Assembly (NCBI GenBank): GCA_905178155.1
Contig: CAJINV010000017.1
Location: 1,658,269-1,722,268, forward strand
DNA length: 64,000 nt
Reading direction: 5' to 3'
From: Amoebophrya sp. A120
Lineage: Eukaryota; Protista; Dinoflagellata
Below, piece after piece: positions 11,707 to 24,536 of this stretch. The notes under the pieces are model-generated. The model worked only from the letters and a program-made list of their open reading frames with translations, did no database searches and had not been told where the DNA came from. Made by a program: the position numbers and the translations under genes. The stretch's first letter is position 1; every line of letters begins with the position of its first letter.

Positions 11707-14700
11707 ATGGTTCGCAAGAAGGGGAATACTCGTATTGAAAACCAAACAGATGGAGATGGTGTCGGCAGCGGGCCCAGCTACAAAAATATCCTTCAAAAAA
11801 ATAACACGCCAGAGGACCAAGGCCCTTTGTCTGACGACTACGTGGAGATGCTTGGCATGTATGGTAAAAGATGCATCATCTATGTTTGCCGCGCATGGTC
11901 GTGCACCTCGCAAGTACACAACCACCAAGCAACCGACGCCTGTTTAGTATCGTTGAAGATAGTGCTACTAGTACGAGTGAAGATGTTGATAGTACTTCTA
12001 CCGGTTGTACCTTCGCGGCGTTGCTCGACTTGGTATTCTAGTATCGTCCAAAAGACTAGATCCCCCCCGAACAAGACAAGGAACTCGGTCGTGGGTTCTG
12101 TGCTGCGTTAAAAAGAACCTTTTCCTTCGCATGCGCCAAACCCTTAGCCTACAGAACGTGCCCGTTTTGTTGCGTCACCGCAACGAGTGGATTCCCGATG
12201 GCTCGCAAGTCGTCGACGCCCGCAACGACTACGGCCCGGAGACTTGGCACCACCTGGTGCGGGACGCATTCTACGCGAAACACCCCGATGTAGCAGCAAA
12301 TTTCAGAGCGGAGGGAAGAGAAGCACACGACAGCGCGGGAAGTGACGCTGCTACATCATCGTCTGCAGCTGCAATTCCAAGCGGGGACGCGTCCTCGCAG
12401 GCTGTCGGCCCGGCCTCCGGGCCGCCCCTCCCCGCAGCCGCAAGCGCGGCTACAGGCTACGATTTTTACAACTCGCAGGGTGGAATGAGCAACACCGTCG
12501 CGTATTATGAAGATGGAAAACTACAACCTGCCGGGGACGAAATGACTGCTGCAACAGGCCGGAAGACAAGCACGATCGAGCAACAAGAGAAAGCTGCAAT
12601 GCAAAAATCTACTCGGCTACCAACAACATCCTCGCCTGCAAGGCAATTGAAAATACAGGAGTTTTTGGCTGGTTCGACGGCTAAAGCAGAAGGGCCCGAG
12701 CGTGCTGTAGTTGATCCAGTTTCTATTCATGTCGAGGACGTAGAAGACAACGACAATCACGAACAGCCAGAACAACATGTGGCCGACTACAGTGCAAGGA
12801 CTCACGACAGCAGCACAAGCTCTTCGCAGCACTTCAAAAACCACGCCCATGCTGCTGAAAAACGAGGAGCTTCTTCCTCCTCATCCCGTCCTCTGCAAGA
12901 GGATCAACAGCAGGAGCTGGCGAACAAGAACAACGAGCAACGACAAAAGCGAGTTTCTGGTCGTGTTGCAGAACAAGCTCCGAAGCAACAAGAGATGACG
13001 ATGACCGGCACGTCGAAGAAAAACCGGTTACTTTCGTCACTATCGGGAGCTGCGGGGACCGCTGGTGCTGTGGGGGAAAGAACCAAGAGCAGAAGGGCTC
13101 TGGCGTGGGAGAGAATGAAAAGTAGTAAAGATAACGAGGAGGATCCGATCTCCAGTATGAAAAGCCAAGTGCTGGACTCGCTAGAGCTCATGGACCTGTT
13201 TGAGCAAATCGAGGACGGGTCCTACAAAAAATCACCGCTGGAACTAGTGAAAGACTTGAAGCAGTACTTCCCCGATGTCGCGGACAAAATGCTGCGCGAC
13301 CCCTTTGTCTCCCAGCAAGTGAAAAGCGCAAATGTTTTCGGGTTTACTATGCCAGGTGAATGACCATGGTGCCCACGCCATGTTACCTCTGTTACTTGAC
13401 TACATGACCTGCTCATCTTGATGTCGAGCATCTTGCATGTGCTGCATAGACGAGAGTTTGTTCTTGAAAGAAACCCGCAAGACTACAAGCGGATTCTCCG
13501 CGGTCGCGGTGTGTACAACACATAATTAAATGTGTGATGTGGTATCGAGAGTCGTTGTCGTGGGCGAAAAATTTTGTCTGGCATAGTTTTCGAGGTCTCG
13601 TTGGAGGAGGATCCGGCCAAGCGGGATGTATCCACAGAAAAAAGCCCATCCCCATCCAAGAATGTGTCATGCAAAGCATGCGTAAAATCCTTTGCTTGTC
13701 ATGCAAAAACTGAATAGGGTGTTATTTTTCTGTGGATAGGCGGCAGAAAAGTACTACAACATACCGGAGGACGTCGTAGAAAGAGAGAAAAAGGCTGGGC
13801 GCTTCGATATCCAGACGAAATTTGATGATGATGCCGCACGAGCACAAGAAGTGCACATCCATGTTCATCTTGAGACCACGTCTGCATGACAAATTCGCGA
13901 TCATGCAAATTCAATTTATGTTTCTGTTTCTGTGCGGTAACAGCTACAGCATCAAAGTTGTGTTGCATATTCCACAAAGTGATCGGGGACATGCGGGAAG
14001 AGATGCTGGGAAAGATCAAGTATGAAATGCAAATCTGTCTGGGTCAGAAAGAACGTCGCAACGGCATTTTTTTTCATGGTCGGCTAGAAGCAGGTAGGGG
14101 ACTCATCTCTGTTATGCATGTTACCCAAAAGCACCGTACCGTTGCTCTGTCATGCAAGCACGTAGTTTGCCATGCAGCATAGCCAAAGCCTTTGGCTATG
14201 TTTGGCTATGCTGCTTGGCAAAGCAGCTCAAATAAATTTTGTGCTAATGATTAATCTACAGCCACAGTGTCACGGCGAGACGACATACAGACATATAATT
14301 TGCACTTGATATCAAGAAAGCGAAAAAGGGCGAAAGACCCTCTACTGGCAGTGGCAGCTCGAGCTCCCGAACAACTTCCGATGCTGCACAAGACGAATCG
14401 CGGAAAACCGAACGTAATAACTTCGAAGACGCGTCAAAAAATGTGAAAAGCGGGTGCACCGGTGACCAGAAAGTAGAGCAGGGTCTCCTCTTGCGTAAGC
14501 GAGCCGCTGCGGCAACCGTGGCTTCTTCTTCCTCAAACCCAAACGGTTTACTTGAGGCTCAGAAAATAAACCCAATGCTCGATCATATGGCTACGCGGGC
14601 AGACGGCGCGACGACGTCATCTGGAGCTGCAACCACATCTGGAACGCCGCGCGTCGAAGGTGGACAGCAGGGGAACCACGAAGGCAGGTCAACTACAGTG

Positions 14701-14748
14701 ACTGCGGCAAGCACTTCTAGCAAAGGGCGCAATATGAAATTTGCGTAA
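11707..14748 (+). CDS. Hypothetical low-complexity protein, multi-exon (model partly uncertain)
   Basis: ORFs 11707, 12005 (452 aa) and 14443 are linked by putative introns, e.g. MP|DYKRILRGR|VFEVSLEEDPAKRD|AAEKYYN. Some junctions at 13860-14300 are unresolved. Confidence 0.5.
13628..13739 (+). mobile_element. TIR introner with canonical GT...AG ends, no TSD
   Basis: GTATCCACAGAAAAA...TTTTTCTGTGGATAG; exact removal is in frame; same TIR family as 41855-41987. Confidence 0.85.
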
Positions 14749-17700
14749 CTCCTGTATTTAGTGTCTCGCAACGGTCTTTCTTTGTTCCATCGAAGGACCC
14801 CGGTGGATGTTGGACTGGTCCCATTTGTCAGGCGACAACTACTTTGATTGATGAACTCGAGAATACAAAACTAGGTAAAACAGCAGGAATTACGTTTTTG
14901 ATTCCGTTCACCCTCGTGTCCATGCGCATGCAAAGACCAATTTATCACCCTTACGGTATCGCTCCTCACTCATTTTTCTCGGAAGTTCGCAGGAGCGTGA
15001 ACTACTAGTAACAGGTAAGGAATGGAAACTACAGCAAGTGCTGATAGAACACATCTAGAATGATCGAAAGCTGGGGCTGATATTCTTGTGCCTGGTTCTG
15101 GCGGTAGGATCGCCAAAAACTATATGATCTTCAAAATGTATTCTGAGACTACAGCTCAAATTTTGAATTCTGAGTAGACTACAGCTCTCTCAAAATAATT
15201 TCAGAGACTATAGCTTCTGTTAGTGTTACTTTTGTTTTGCGAAATGCAAGTACTAAGGGATGAAAGTTGCATTTTGTTCGCGAGCCGAGGACCAGGTCCA
15301 GGACGGTAAGTGCTTGTAATGATAATGGATCATCCGCAAAACCCAAACTTTTAGTCCTCTATTGCTCGATCTTTTACTTTTTCTGCCGAAATCAAAAATG
15401 TAAGTATGTCGAAAAAAGAAAAATGCTCCCACTTCTACCCCTGGGTGACGCCAGTGTTTTCCCTATTCGTTAACGAGCCTGTAGACGTGTTTCGGACATC
15501 TTTCTACGTGATAAGCATAGGACTAAGAAGATGGAAGCACTTGCATTATCTTGCTCGCTCCTGGTTGCACTCGCAGGACGAGCGCCTCCGTAGATCTTTT
15601 TGATTTTTTGTCCGAGCAGATGTATGCGAAGCTTTTCTTGTCCGATCATCATCATGACAGGACTAAGAATGTGGCGTCGTGCTCGTGGTGCAGCGAAATG
15701 TCATCTACAAGGCACCTCAGAATTGGCCTTTGAAACAGGATCTTGCAGACACTCCTCGTGGAGGTTCAGACCAGAATATAGAATTTCTCTGACTGCTGTG
15801 CAAATCATGTGCTGACAGCTCGCTATTGCAACACTGTCCTGATTTTCATTTACTTATTCCTGTGTTCCTTCTCCTGCTCGAGGCGAACTCCTGTGACTCA
15901 TTTCTGCACCTCGACCTCCTACTAGCGTGGCCCAACAGATCGATGGCGAGGTCGTTCTTCTTCCGCCTGGGTCCAGGTATTTGTCATAGGATGGATCACG
16001 AACGTCGAATACGACGTTACTTCAACATCGTGCGCTGCGAAAAAAGACGGCGTTGGTTCAGGATCATCTACAAAACTCGAAATCAGAAATCGTCGCAGGG
16101 CATAGACAGACCCAGACGGACGCCGTCGTAGCTTAAGTAGCATGTTGAAATACAAGACGCAAGCTGCGAGACGGTGTTGGCTCGTCGCTTTCGTCGCATT
16201 TTTTAGTGATGTAGTTTTTCTTCTCACGGATCTCGGTCGATCACGTCAATTAAATGAAGGTCTCACGATTTTGGTGGTCCACCAGCTTCCATATTTGCCT
16301 TTCGTTGGTGCGCGAAAATTCGCCCGACGGATAAAACTCGGTCCAGGTAGACCGGATATGTTGGCACGGACGAAAAAAGCGTATGGCAGGAGAAAAGCTG
16401 TAACTGAGGTTTTCGAGTCACGACCTTGTTCGATTTGGAGGTTGTCATTTGTCTGTGGCCCGTCCACCTGAAGGCCAAGGGTAAAGTTTTTACATGACCA
16501 CATCAAGCAACGCACAACTATCTCGGGTGACTTTTTGTTGCGTTGCTGAAGAGTCCTTTGCTGTAACTGCTAGTGCGAGTTCGAGTTTGAATTTTTCCTT
16601 TTGCAGACTGAAAAACCGAATACACTGCCTTTTTTCGCCTATACCCCCGTCGGAGACGATTGTCTCTTCCTCGACTCAGCCTCGCGAAAGCTTGCGGCGC
16701 TGGAAACCCGAAGACAACGGCGCGCGAATTCGGCCACTCCACTGCTCCGACCGCCGCCGCCAACCACCGTGTTGCCGATCGTGGGGTCGCCGCAGCATAG
16801 GAAATGCAAATGGGTCTGGAAGTGGAATGTTGCTTCTGCAAGAGAAACAGTTTGTAATGCTCCCCCCCCATGCTCCTAACGTGACCCTCCTGAGCGCTTC
16901 AATGCATGATGCGAAACAGCGTTTCTAATCTTCGTATGTAGTGGCATGCAAGAACAACGCCGCGGCTCCATCTCATGCAGATGGACGGCTCAAAAATATT
17001 GTTGTCTCCGTTTGTTGCCTACCACGGTGCGTTCGTCATGGACAATTTTTGTAGCATGACAACATATTTCCGTACTCCGAATTGAGTTTTTGCAAGGCAT
17101 ACAGGAGTTTGGGCAGCAGCTGGCGCACGAACTTGGATTCGGCTCTCCCGTGCGGATTGAACGACCGCCGCCTGTATGCGAAGGAAAAGAAGGAACGGTC
17201 CCGGGCCTCACTGCGCTGCTGCTCACACGAGAAGAAACTCAATTTTTCTTGCGAACAATTTGCATCATTGTCAGCCCTAGCCGGAATGAATTCACCGCAT
17301 GGGGTGCGGCATGGCGCCCCTCCCCCTCTATCTCAGACCTAGATGAGGCAAAAAATTATCATGAAAACATTCCACAGACAATTCATATTCAAGTTGAGGT
17401 GTTGCGTGCCGAAGTTCCTTCTATTTTCCACCTCGACAACGTCCAGAGCCGCGACTGTTTCCACAATATTTGGAAACAATTTGCGACATGATTGGCACGG
17501 TTTTGTGCATTATCGAGGGCAAACGAAGGGTTTGACGTGATGAGTCAGAAATAGATCGATGCAGATGACAGAATGAAGATGAGCCGCTTTATGTTTTGCT
17601 TTTTCATTCTTGCTCGGTAGGGTAGGGAGAACAACACTACGTGGCCAGGCCGCGATCACCACCAGAACAATTCAAGTATGTCAGGCGACAACTCACCGCA

Positions 17701-18045
17701 AGACGAGCGGCGTGTCAGCACGCATAAATCTTCGAAACTCCAGATCAAAACTTCAAACCCTTCAATTATTGTTTCTCATATCCCTGTTGCCCCGATGTCT
17801 GGGCTGCTTTTGCGGTGACATCTGCGCTTGCTTCACCAGCCTCCAATTCCGACGCCGGTTATCAAACATGAAAACGAAAATCGTTCGGAATTTTGTTGAA
17901 ACCTGGCATGTAATCCTTACCATGGTGGGGACAACAAGCTGAAAGAACTGAACATCATGATACCGTCAGAGATAGAATTGAACATCAACATGAAAAACTC
18001 CTTTATTAAATTATCCATCTTCAATTTCGTCCATTGACATTGTGA

Positions 18046-18165
18046 TTGCATAATTTTACGGCTTTATTTTGGAAACTCCAGCGTGTGGCTGTGGTTACAC
18101 ACTGGAGTTTCCAAAATAAAGAAGAATCCGAGCGCCAACGTGGCTTGCATAATTTTACGGCTTTA
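18046..18165. repeat. 19-bp perfect hairpin between 21-bp direct repeats
   Basis: TTGCATAATTTTACGGCTTTA at 18046 and 18145; inverted repeat TTTATTTTGGAAACTCCAG/CTGGAGTTTCCAAAATAAA at 18063-18120. Confidence 0.75.
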
Positions 18166-19883
18166 CCTTCTGGTGGGGAGACGATGTGCATTTTCACCGG
18201 GACTATCCATGATCATGAAGGTAGCGATAAGAAAACCAAAAAAGAGAAAAACACAAAACGCGCCCGCAACAGCAGCTATTTTGGAAGACAAGAATTCTCA
18301 AGAGAAAAACTCCACGGACAAAATCGCAAAAAAGTATGCTTTTTGGAAGTAGATTGATTTCTAGATCCCCGAAAACACTTTTAGATTCGACAAAGGCAGT
18401 AGCTTTTTGATATTTTCCGGCTTTCGCAGATCTTTGTAGCTTTCACACGCATTTATTTTCTTCATATTTATATAAGTGCATGTACATCAAGTTCTAGAAT
18501 TTTTTTGTATGTTTTCGGGGTACCCGGGAACCTCTTCTTCCCACGCTGGGTATAGGCAAATTCGCCCGTAAGGGTCTCGTCTCGGCGGACTGAAAAAAAG
18601 GAAGTATGTGTCTGCAAAACGTGAAGAATTTTCCCGAGAAAGGCATATCACCCGAAATAAACAAAGAACAAGAATATCCAACTCACCTCCGAGGAAAAAT
18701 TTTTGTTTCATGTTGTCCATGATGATATTCTCCCAGAGATAGATTCCCAACATATATTCCAAACAACAATTGGGGTTGCTGATCATATGAATGGATAATT
18801 CAAATTGATCATTTCGGTGAAGAATATGATGTTTCTTTCTATCTTTCTTGTCGTGTCTGGCCATGGCATCAAATATTCAAGATCCTAAAATAATCCATCA
18901 TGATCTTGATCTCTCTTTCTTCTTTCCCCACAATCGATATCGATATCATCTCTTTTCTATCTTAAAAATACAACCTAACTAGAATATCATCATGATTGAG
19001 ATCATTGATTCAATCATATATTGATATCATATAATCAAGGATTATATTTTCAAAATGAAAATAGATATCATTTTTTCTTGAAGAATGAAGATCGATGATT
19101 TATATTATTCGCATCTAGGATTCAAATTTTATTTCGGTTTCTCTTTAAATTTATGAATTTGATGAAATATGAAAATGATTGAAAATATATATCTCTATCT
19201 GAGAATCAGGATGGATAAATCTGGATCAGATCTAGAATAAATTTAGAGTATTTATTTTTTTTCTAATATAAATCACAAGGTTGGCCCAGGTGGAGTCCGG
19301 GTGCTCTTGTGGATAGGTCCTACACCTACCGGAACCGGATCACCCAGAACCGGACAACCCTGAACCAGCCGCAGCCGCCATCCAATGCCCCGGCCCCTCA
19401 GTCAGAGGCCCGCGGGGCGGTTTCTCCCCCTATTGGCCTGCTATCTGGCGCGGGAGTTTTAATTTTGTCGAAATGCGAGGGGGCCCCTCTTCTTATGTAG
19501 ATCGCACGGTCTCCGTGTGCCACCCCCCTGAAGTTGATTTAGGTCCTGGCCAGGTTGTTTCTGTTGTTCCATTGGGCAGCATCTCTGCCCGGTCAACGTA
19601 GAAAAGTTTCGACATGTCTTCGTTGCCCGGCTGCCGGTGTTCATTTTACCGCCCTGCATGTTGGTCGTGTGGCTGACCATTGATCTCAGATTTTTGCGTT
19701 TTCCCCTGTTATCTCGCGTTGTGTTAATTTGGTTTCCAGAATGAAGGTCCGTCTTTCGTGTTTTGGAGACCTGTGTTGGTCTGATTAATAAGCTTCAAGC
19801 GATATCCTGCCCCACCTGTAGCTCTAGACTTGACGCGATGATGTGTGTGTAGATCTGGTCCAAGGTTTTCCATATCGGGCAGA

Positions 19884-22800
19884 ATGGAGTCCGATGAGGA
19901 GGAGGACCTGCTTCTGCCATTTTCTGGCTTTAGTATTCCAGTTTCAATGTTTCGCGATTTGGTCACCTTGCCTCGGATGACGCGGATCAGCCGGGGGCGG
20001 TACCTGAAGTGGTACATCCGCGGGCTGGCGAAGCAGTTGGGGGACACACAGGCGGCAGAAGCTGCGACGACTACCTCCGAGGAGAAAGCGGGCCTAGCTT
20101 TTGAACAAGCTTGGAGAAAATTAAAACTCGCCTTGCAGTGTTGTGAGGTGAAAACTATACGGAATCGCTTACGGTCCGCGGTCCCGGGAAAGGGTGTTTT
20201 GGAACATCTGGAATTCGACGGAACGCCATTGCGGGTAACGGTAAAGGGAGTAGTGGACGCCGGTGACTGCCTCTGCATTCTGCAGGGCTTTGCGTTTTTT
20301 GATGATCCGGACAGCGCAGGCGCTGAGCTTCTCCGCAGCGGGGGACGCTTTTACGCAAAGCCGATGGCTCGCATGTGGCGGACCCTGGACATCAAGCACG
20401 TGGTCCATGGGCACGCAGATGTGAGATTGTATGCTGAATTGGACCAAACCGAAACCGCCCGGGAGATGATCCTGGAAGCAGATCCGAGATTGGAGGACGC
20501 GATGTTCTACGCATTGCAAAAACATCCCACCAACACTCCCTGCATGAAAATTCCTTTCTGTTTCGAAGAAAAAACGAAATCTGTCATGCGATATCGGGGA
20601 AGACATAAAATTTCTCATGTCGCGGCGCAGTTTGTCTAGGTGCGATGTTTTTGAATTTCATATGTGTTTCTCCCTCGCGCGATATTGTGGCGATGGTGCT
20701 ACGGCCGGAACATTGCGGCACTATTGTGGGTATGCAAGGCAAAAAAAAAGCTCGCGTAAGAATCGCAGTACAACTTTATCAACATGCATAACGAAGCTCG
20801 TCTTACCATGTAATGCCCCGAAGCCCCTTTGTGTCATGCAGTTTTGCGATTTTTACACATGCAGTTTTTTTGCACTGCATATCCACCAAAGACACTCGGA
20901 GCAGAATATAAAGGTTGGCACGGCCTTGGGTGCGGAGATGAGTTTGTGGGTGGTCGACGAGTGTTGTGGGCATGGCCTTCATGGTGGAATCGGGGACGGC
21001 ATAGAAGTTTTTATTGCCAGCAACGACCTGGAGGAGGACTTCAAGAAAGTGCGCAGAAGTTTTCGCCGCTCGGCACGGGCACTGCGCGATGGGGTGGCGG
21101 CCTGGATGGACCGGGTTTATTTGGAGGCCCCGATGGAGGATCACGAACGCGAACGCTACCAGCAGGCCGTGCGTGCGTTACTGCCTGCAGAGGATGGTCC
21201 GGACTCGGTTGAACTTGCTTCCGAGTTAATTCGACTGCAACTACGATTCGAAGGCAGTTTCCTGCTTGGCGCCGTCGGGGCCGCAGAGACCGACGCAGTG
21301 GCGGACTTGGTGTTGCGTCTGAATTTCCGGGAGATCCACTATGTCACTGGGTCAGGGGTGTTGGGGGCCAAACACGCTGAGCTATTTGCGGCCTTGGTAT
21401 TCTATTTGCCCTCACGAGAAGCTAGGTTTGTCATGCGGAACTGGGAAATTTTTATTGATGGGACAGCGCGCGAAGCATGGCAAGATCGCTCTTGCCATCC
21501 TTCTTTCATGCACATAGCTCGCAAAAGGGCCCCCCGCACCCTGCTTGACTCTTCCATACCCCGTTCGGGCGGTTCGGGAACGTCGTCTCGGGAATGCGGC
21601 GGGCCGCACTTGCAGTTCTTGTCGGGGTGTTGAACCTGGGGAGCTTCGTGATTGATAATTGTACTCGGGTCGGCTTTTTGAAGCAGGCGGCGCAGGTGCA
21701 GATGGCAGAGGCGGACTTCGTTCGTGCTACTTGGGGGATCGGCTTGGGGCTTGGAGTTTTTGAAAAGGCGGAGAAAAAGCTTCTGAAACAGGACAACATC
21801 ACCCGCCTGCACCAAATCCGCGAGGAACTTCTGGTAGACATTGACGGCGCGCGCTTCTCGAACTGGCTGCAGCTCTTGCCGGTCGCAAATCTTCCCCCCG
21901 AACAACAGGAGACCTTGATGCGGGACATCGGGCACGCAATACATAGAAGCCAGCGCAGCGAGTTTCGAGCTGTACCCTTTTCGCCGCCTCTTCGTCGCCC
22001 CGTGCAGTCTCCTGCAGCCCGGGAAGGATTTCCAGCTCCGAGAATTCCTGCAGAGGGTTGCTGCACACCCCGAAGCGGAGTCGGATTCCGGTTTCACGAT
22101 GAAGATCAAATATCTGCAGCAGAACGCGCCAGCCGTCCTGTCCCGGTGCCTCGATTCCCTCCGCGATGTTTGTGAGCTGCTCATGACCGCCCCGCAGTCA
22201 ATCTATTTCTGCGAACGGACACGCAAACTCTCTAGCAAGTTGCACAAAGGCCGGCGTGGGTTTCCGGTGGTGAATGAGTCCGCATGGAACGAGCGACACA
22301 CGCAGGCCAACAACCTCGTAGGATTGAAAAAAGAACAACTTCCGAAGGGTCCGCTAACGGTCGGGGAGGCGGTAAAGGAAAGCGGAGCGAGCCAAGTGCG
22401 CACGAACTCGGTCTTTTTTTCCGAAAACGCACTAAAGGGGGCAACTTTAAAAGAGCAGGCCGAGCACATGGGCAAAGTGATGGAAACCTACGCGAGGATC
22501 AAGCACGACCCCGAAAAGTGGTCAGGCCTTCTGCGGAAAGTTGAGGACAAGCGGAGGGAGAAGCGGTCGAAGGCTGTTGATAAGATGATCAAGCTCTCCA
22601 GCCGGTACGACCAGCTCGAGGAGCTGGAAATGGATCGGGTTAGCCGTTTCATGATCAGCAACAGCTTCAACATCGACGACCACATTACGGATTTCGCTGT
22701 TTACAACGCTGTAAAGGACCTGGCGGGGCAGAATGTCGACACCCTCGCACGGAAGGCGTGCGAGCAGCAGCACCTGACCGACGAGTTCGCTGTCGTCGTA

Positions 22801-24287
22801 ACGGAGGGAGCATTACGCACCGGGACATCTTGATGGCCCCTGGAAGATGCGGAGTGCTCTTGCTTCTAGATTAATTTGTCATGGTGCGCGAAAATTCTGC
22901 ACCCCGCCTAGAAGCCAGAGACCGGCAATCTTCCAGGCCCGGCCGGGTTTTTTTCTTTGATGCCCCGAGTCCGCCGAGTTCGTCCTGCCCTATTTCCACT
23001 TGCCGGACCTAGACTATCGGGTTTCAGAACTGGTGCGGCGGCACAAGGCCGGCCAAAAGATTCGGGGTGGGTTGCTCGTGGTGCGGCCACGGACCCCCGG
23101 TCAGTTTTTCTTCGACGCAGCGGTGGACATCTACCAAATCTCCCTTGCAGTAAAAACCCCGCTTCTGCTCGGTGGGGTTCGTCTGACGCAGGCAGAAGGC
23201 GACGCCGCCTGCCCGGCTTTATTGTGGAAGACTACCGAGCTCGTCGAATTCACGTTGTTTGAAGAGTTTGCCGAAGTTTTCTTCATCTCCCCAGAACAGG
23301 CGCGGACCGTAACTGTTGCGTGTCTCGGTCTCGATATGCAAATAACAGCCCACAACATTTCCCACCATCCCTCCGCGACTATGCTTGCCGGTGGGAAGGT
23401 TCAGCGGCGGGACCAGAAGGAAAATCGATCAGAGCAGCACATCCAGAAAAAGAAACGAGAGTTAGCTGCGCACGTCAGGCGGCTGCGGGACCTCGAGGTC
23501 AACAGGCCGGCGGACCATGTGCGGGATGATGAGCAGTATGAAGAAATGCGACAAGAAGCAGCAGACGAACTGGCCCGCGCGCGCAGAGAGGCAGAGGAGA
23601 AGTATGGAGGCGAGACCCTGGACTTCACGACCGACCCGGCTATGAGAGTCATCGCCCGCGGCGGGGCGTGGTGTGTGAAACACCTGAAGACCGCGGTGGC
23701 AAATTATAAATTTGATATAATCGACAAAGAGCTCAAGAAAAGGCTCGGCGACTTGGGACTTCCAGTCGCAAAAGACGCCGCGGTTAGAATATGGGGCGAG
23801 GAAGCAAAGGCTAGAGAGCACTGCGCTCTCCTCTGGCGGATTTTTAAATGGGCCGTCGCAATATCAAAAGTCATCTACTTGAGGCCTGTCATGTTTCGGA
23901 TCAAATTTGTGATGCGCAGAGCCCTTCCCGCATGTCAGGGCGGCCCCTAGGCAAGGCTCGCGCTTTTATGTAGTGGAGCAAATCAGCATGACAAACTCGA
24001 GCAATCTCTTGTCTCGGAGATCGGAAGAGGCTCATAAAGTGGAGCCTCTTGTAGATTTTTTTGATCAATAGCGTGCTGGTATTGAACGTTTTGACGCAGA
24101 GACTTCTGATCCCTACAGCGAGATGTGCCGCGCAGAATATGTGGAAACATACTCACCACAGCTCGATCGTGATCGCAAGCATTTGAAAGATAAAAGTCTC
24201 TACTTCGACAAGAACCGGAGCAGATATTTCGAAGCACTGGACGGTCTAGGATCTGAAGGCATCTTTATCAGACCCGTTGAACCTTAA
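19884..24287 (+). CDS. DDE transposase with hAT-like motifs, ~1,150 aa; 4 introns and one apparent frameshift (possible pseudogene)
   Basis: Motif order EFDGTP (D1), HADVRL (candidate D2), ECCGH (CxxH), GRF (RW-like), PQSIYFCER (catalytic E). Introns 20507-20882, 21339-21559, ~22813/22823-22967/22975 and 23861-24071. Frame change at ~21917-21955. Confidence 0.7.
20507..20882 (+). mobile_element. TIR introner (CT...AT) in transposase
   Basis: CTACGCATTGCAAAAA...TTTTTGCACTGCATAT; exact removal gives DAMF-HQRH in frame. Confidence 0.7.
21339..21559 (+). mobile_element. TIR introner (CT...AC) in transposase, flanks CCA/CCC
   Basis: CTATG...GGGTG..GGGGGCC pairs with GGCCCCCGCACCC...CATAC; frame restored into PFGRFG. 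Confidence 0.7.
23861..24071 (+). mobile_element. TIR introner (AT...AG) in transposase
   Basis: ATATCAAAAG..ATCTAC..GAGGC pairs with GCCTC..GTAGATTTTTTGAT..ATAG; removal gives WAVA|RAGIERF, open to stop at 24285-24287. Confidence 0.75.
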
Positions 24288-24536
24288 ATGAAATAGTCAC
24301 GCGATGAATTGGCACGAAGCACCGAGATCCCCGGCTCATATTTTGTTTTCCAACTTTTGGCGTTGTTTTCCTCCTCAGCCTGTTTTTCTTTTTGGATTTG
24401 TGCAACACGTGATGATGGCGCCATGCATTACAAATTCCCGTTTCTGTGCATGAACCTTTTCTAGTCAGCGACTCTTCCGCATTGCCTCGGCAACGTTCTC
24501 TCCTTCCTGTTTGTCTTGCAAACACCAAAAAACATC

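Noticed and set aside
14175-14215. Palindrome CATAGCCAAAGCCTTTGGCTATG loosely resembling the dinoflagellate spliced leader
   Set aside because: Only partial similarity to CCGTAGCCATTTTGGCTCAAG; explained as a local hairpin inside an intron.
14800-18000. Possible fragmented minus-strand gene
   Set aside because: Some protein-like stretches, but no consistent exon chain or domain could be built.
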